From: Zygnema circumcarinatum SAG 698-1b
Taxonomy: Eukaryota > Plantae > Zygnematophyceae
Direction of reading: 5' to 3'
Assembly: GCA_037447605.1 (NCBI GenBank)
Contig: CM074821.1
Coordinates: 992,001-1,056,000 of the forward strand
DNA: 64,000 bases
A program made the position numbers and the translations under genes. Within the stretch, counting starts at the first letter, position 1, and every line of letters begins with the position of its first letter. Below the pieces are notes generated by a model. The model ran no database searches. It had not been told where the DNA came from and worked only from the letters and a program-made list of their open reading frames with translations. Positions 61,875 through 64,000 of this stretch are shown here, piece by piece.

Positions 61875-64000
61875 CAGCTTGACCAGGGACTGGCCCTCTT
61901 CTATGCACAACGGATTAACATGACAGTAAACTTGTTAAATTGTTAATGTAATTGTGTGCTTATTGATGCAGCTTCAAATTCTGTCAACAATTCTATATTG
62001 TCCTAACCTCTTCCCTTCCAGTTCCTGTTTTTCAGGACAGTCTTGTGTAGCTCTCTCAGTCATGACGCGGGGTTTCAATCGGTGGGTTTCAGGTGTTCCG
62101 TGACAATCAACAGATGCAGGAGCGCATCATGGACTCGAATGACTTGGAAAGGGAACGTGGAATTACTATTCTGAGCAAGAACACTGCTATCACCTACAAG
62201 GACACCAAGATCAACGTTATTGACACACCTGGTCACGCTGACTTTGGTGGTGAAGTGGAGCGAGTCCTCAACATGGTTGATGGTGTACTTCTTTTGGTGA
62301 GTCGTGTTGTAGGAAATGGAAGCCACATGCACATGATGTGACTGGAAGATCACAGGAAGAGGCCTCCAGGGAAGAATTGATCTCCACAAGCCCACCATGA
62401 TTTGAATGGAAGAACTCATGTAACCCCCTTTAAAAGAGTTTTGAGAAATGGAGAAGAGAGTATTTGTCTGTGATCAATTGGACTTTGTTGGCAAGGTCTT
62501 TCTATCAGCACTCAACAGAATGAGTAATTATAGACCACTACCTTCACCTGGTTAACTACCCTTTTCCGACTGCCAACTAGCTCAATTGAAAGCCTAGGTC
62601 AGAAACTCTGGCGAGCTCGCTTGGCTGTATAGGAAACGTGTGACATACAGCGAGTTGCAGGTTTAACGACGATCGAAATTGAAGGTCTTAAGGTTGAAAG
62701 TGTAGGACCTGCCAAGTATAATATATGATAGGTTTTTTACCGCTGAATTGAATTGAATCGAGTACAATGAATGAGGCGTCCTACCTTTTCGTACACACCC
62801 GCGAACACTCTGTTTATTCCAGCCAGTAGGTTTAGGATGTTACGAGTTCGTAAACTGAAGCGATTGCTGAATTCATGGAGAGATACATGAAATGCCACAG
62901 TCATGCATTCCATTGCGGTCTAGGCCTTGACTTTCGTGCATGCAGAGTTTATGCTCATCCTTCAGCGCCTAAACGCGCTGAGAAACCGACCCGTCCTTCT
63001 TTGTGCAGGTGGACTCTGCGGAGGGCCCTATGCCCCAAACCCGCTTTGTATTAAAGAAGGCTCTTGAGCTGGGTCACCGAGTGGTGGTGGTAGTGAACAA
63101 AGTAGATAAACCTGCAGCTCGAGTGGAGTATGTTGTTAATTCTACATTTGAGCTCTTTTGCGAGCTCGAAGCCACAGATGACCAGGTAAATGATGCTATC
63201 CCTTCTTCATTGAAGGGGTTTGAACCTCTTGCTTCAGTGTTTTTACGGTATTTGCCTTGTGTGTATCTGCCTCCTCAAGAGGAATGATGTTTCTGGATGT
63301 TATTTCGCCTTACTCATTACTCTATGTCAAAAAATGCAGTGCGACTTCCAAACGGTGTACGCCAGCGGCATCCAAGGAAAGGCGGGGCTGACTCCAGACG
63401 CTTTGGCTGATGATTTGGGGCCCCTTTTTGAGACGATTATCCGCTGTGTTCCACAGCCTTTTGTAGATGTCACTGCCCCTCTGCAGCTTCTGGTCTGCTC
63501 TCACTCCTCTGTCTTAAAACACTTTAGAGGTGTAGCTCAGATGAGCTCTTGCTCTTGATTAGGTCTCACCATATTCTTGCAGGCTGTTCTCTTGGAATAT
63601 TCTTTCGTTTTTTGGGAGGGTGCAAATGGTTACCTGTCTCTGTTTATTTGCACTTTCTGAAATCACTTTTGAAATTTTATTCGGCCCTCATTTTTAATGA
63701 AAGAAGTAATGTCTGCAGGTGACCAACTTAGACTATGAGGAGCACAAGGGACGCATTGCTATTGGTCGTGTGCATGCAGGCTCCATTTCGCGCAGTCAGG
63801 ACGTGAAGGTTGTCGCTCTCCCCTGCGTCATTACAATGAAGTAGAAATATTAGACCATGTGGAATACTTGATACGTAAACAGCTGCAAGCTGTGCAAGTA
63901 CTTGACAGGCGGGATGAAACGAAATAGGAAATGGATCAAGAAATGAAAGGAGGCTGAGTGGTTATGGAAGTGATGCTGTTGCAGATCTGCACTCCGGACG
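60436..64000 (+). CDS. typA: Plastid TypA/BipA translational GTPase (SVR3-like); 5' part, runs off the window
   Basis: Exons 60436-60519, 61095-61293, 61644-61756, 62093-62296, 63009-63185, 63340-63492, 63719-63808, 63985-64000+. Motifs [98 protein letters not shown]. Transit peptide with VRCSS. Confidence 0.96.

Overview
Intron-rich eukaryotic nuclear DNA from a green plant lineage. It is most likely a streptophyte alga; the intron style suggests a Zygnematophyceae/Closterium-type draft assembly, but this is inference. I reconstructed ten spliced genes exon by exon, with splice phases checked by hand: leaf-type ferredoxin-NADP+ reductase (+), a divergent kinesin (+), a PTI1-like kinase lacking its catalytic Asp (+), a DUF212 protein (+), a two-exon gene encoding only the DNA-binding half of a Mutator/FAR1 transposase (+), a membrane-anchored acid-sphingomyelinase-like metallophosphoesterase with substituted metal ligands (-), an FGGY carbohydrate kinase (+), glutaminyl-tRNA synthetase cut off by a 100-N gap (+), an ankyrin-WWE-PARP protein (-) and plastid TypA/BipA (+, runs off the window; its 5' 1.7 kb is exactly duplicated across a 10-N gap). 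Non-coding features include hAT-type MITEs, a foldback repeat family, a 200-bp tandem duplication, a tRNA 3'-half relic, dense CGTAC clusters upstream of most genes, and long purine/pyrimidine tracts that fill introns and appear to invade coding loops. The strongest novelty candidate is the ANK-WWE-PARP gene. Most long ORFs in the supplied track are artefacts of low-complexity tracts or read-through into introns. No database searches were possible, so all family assignments rest on motif recognition.
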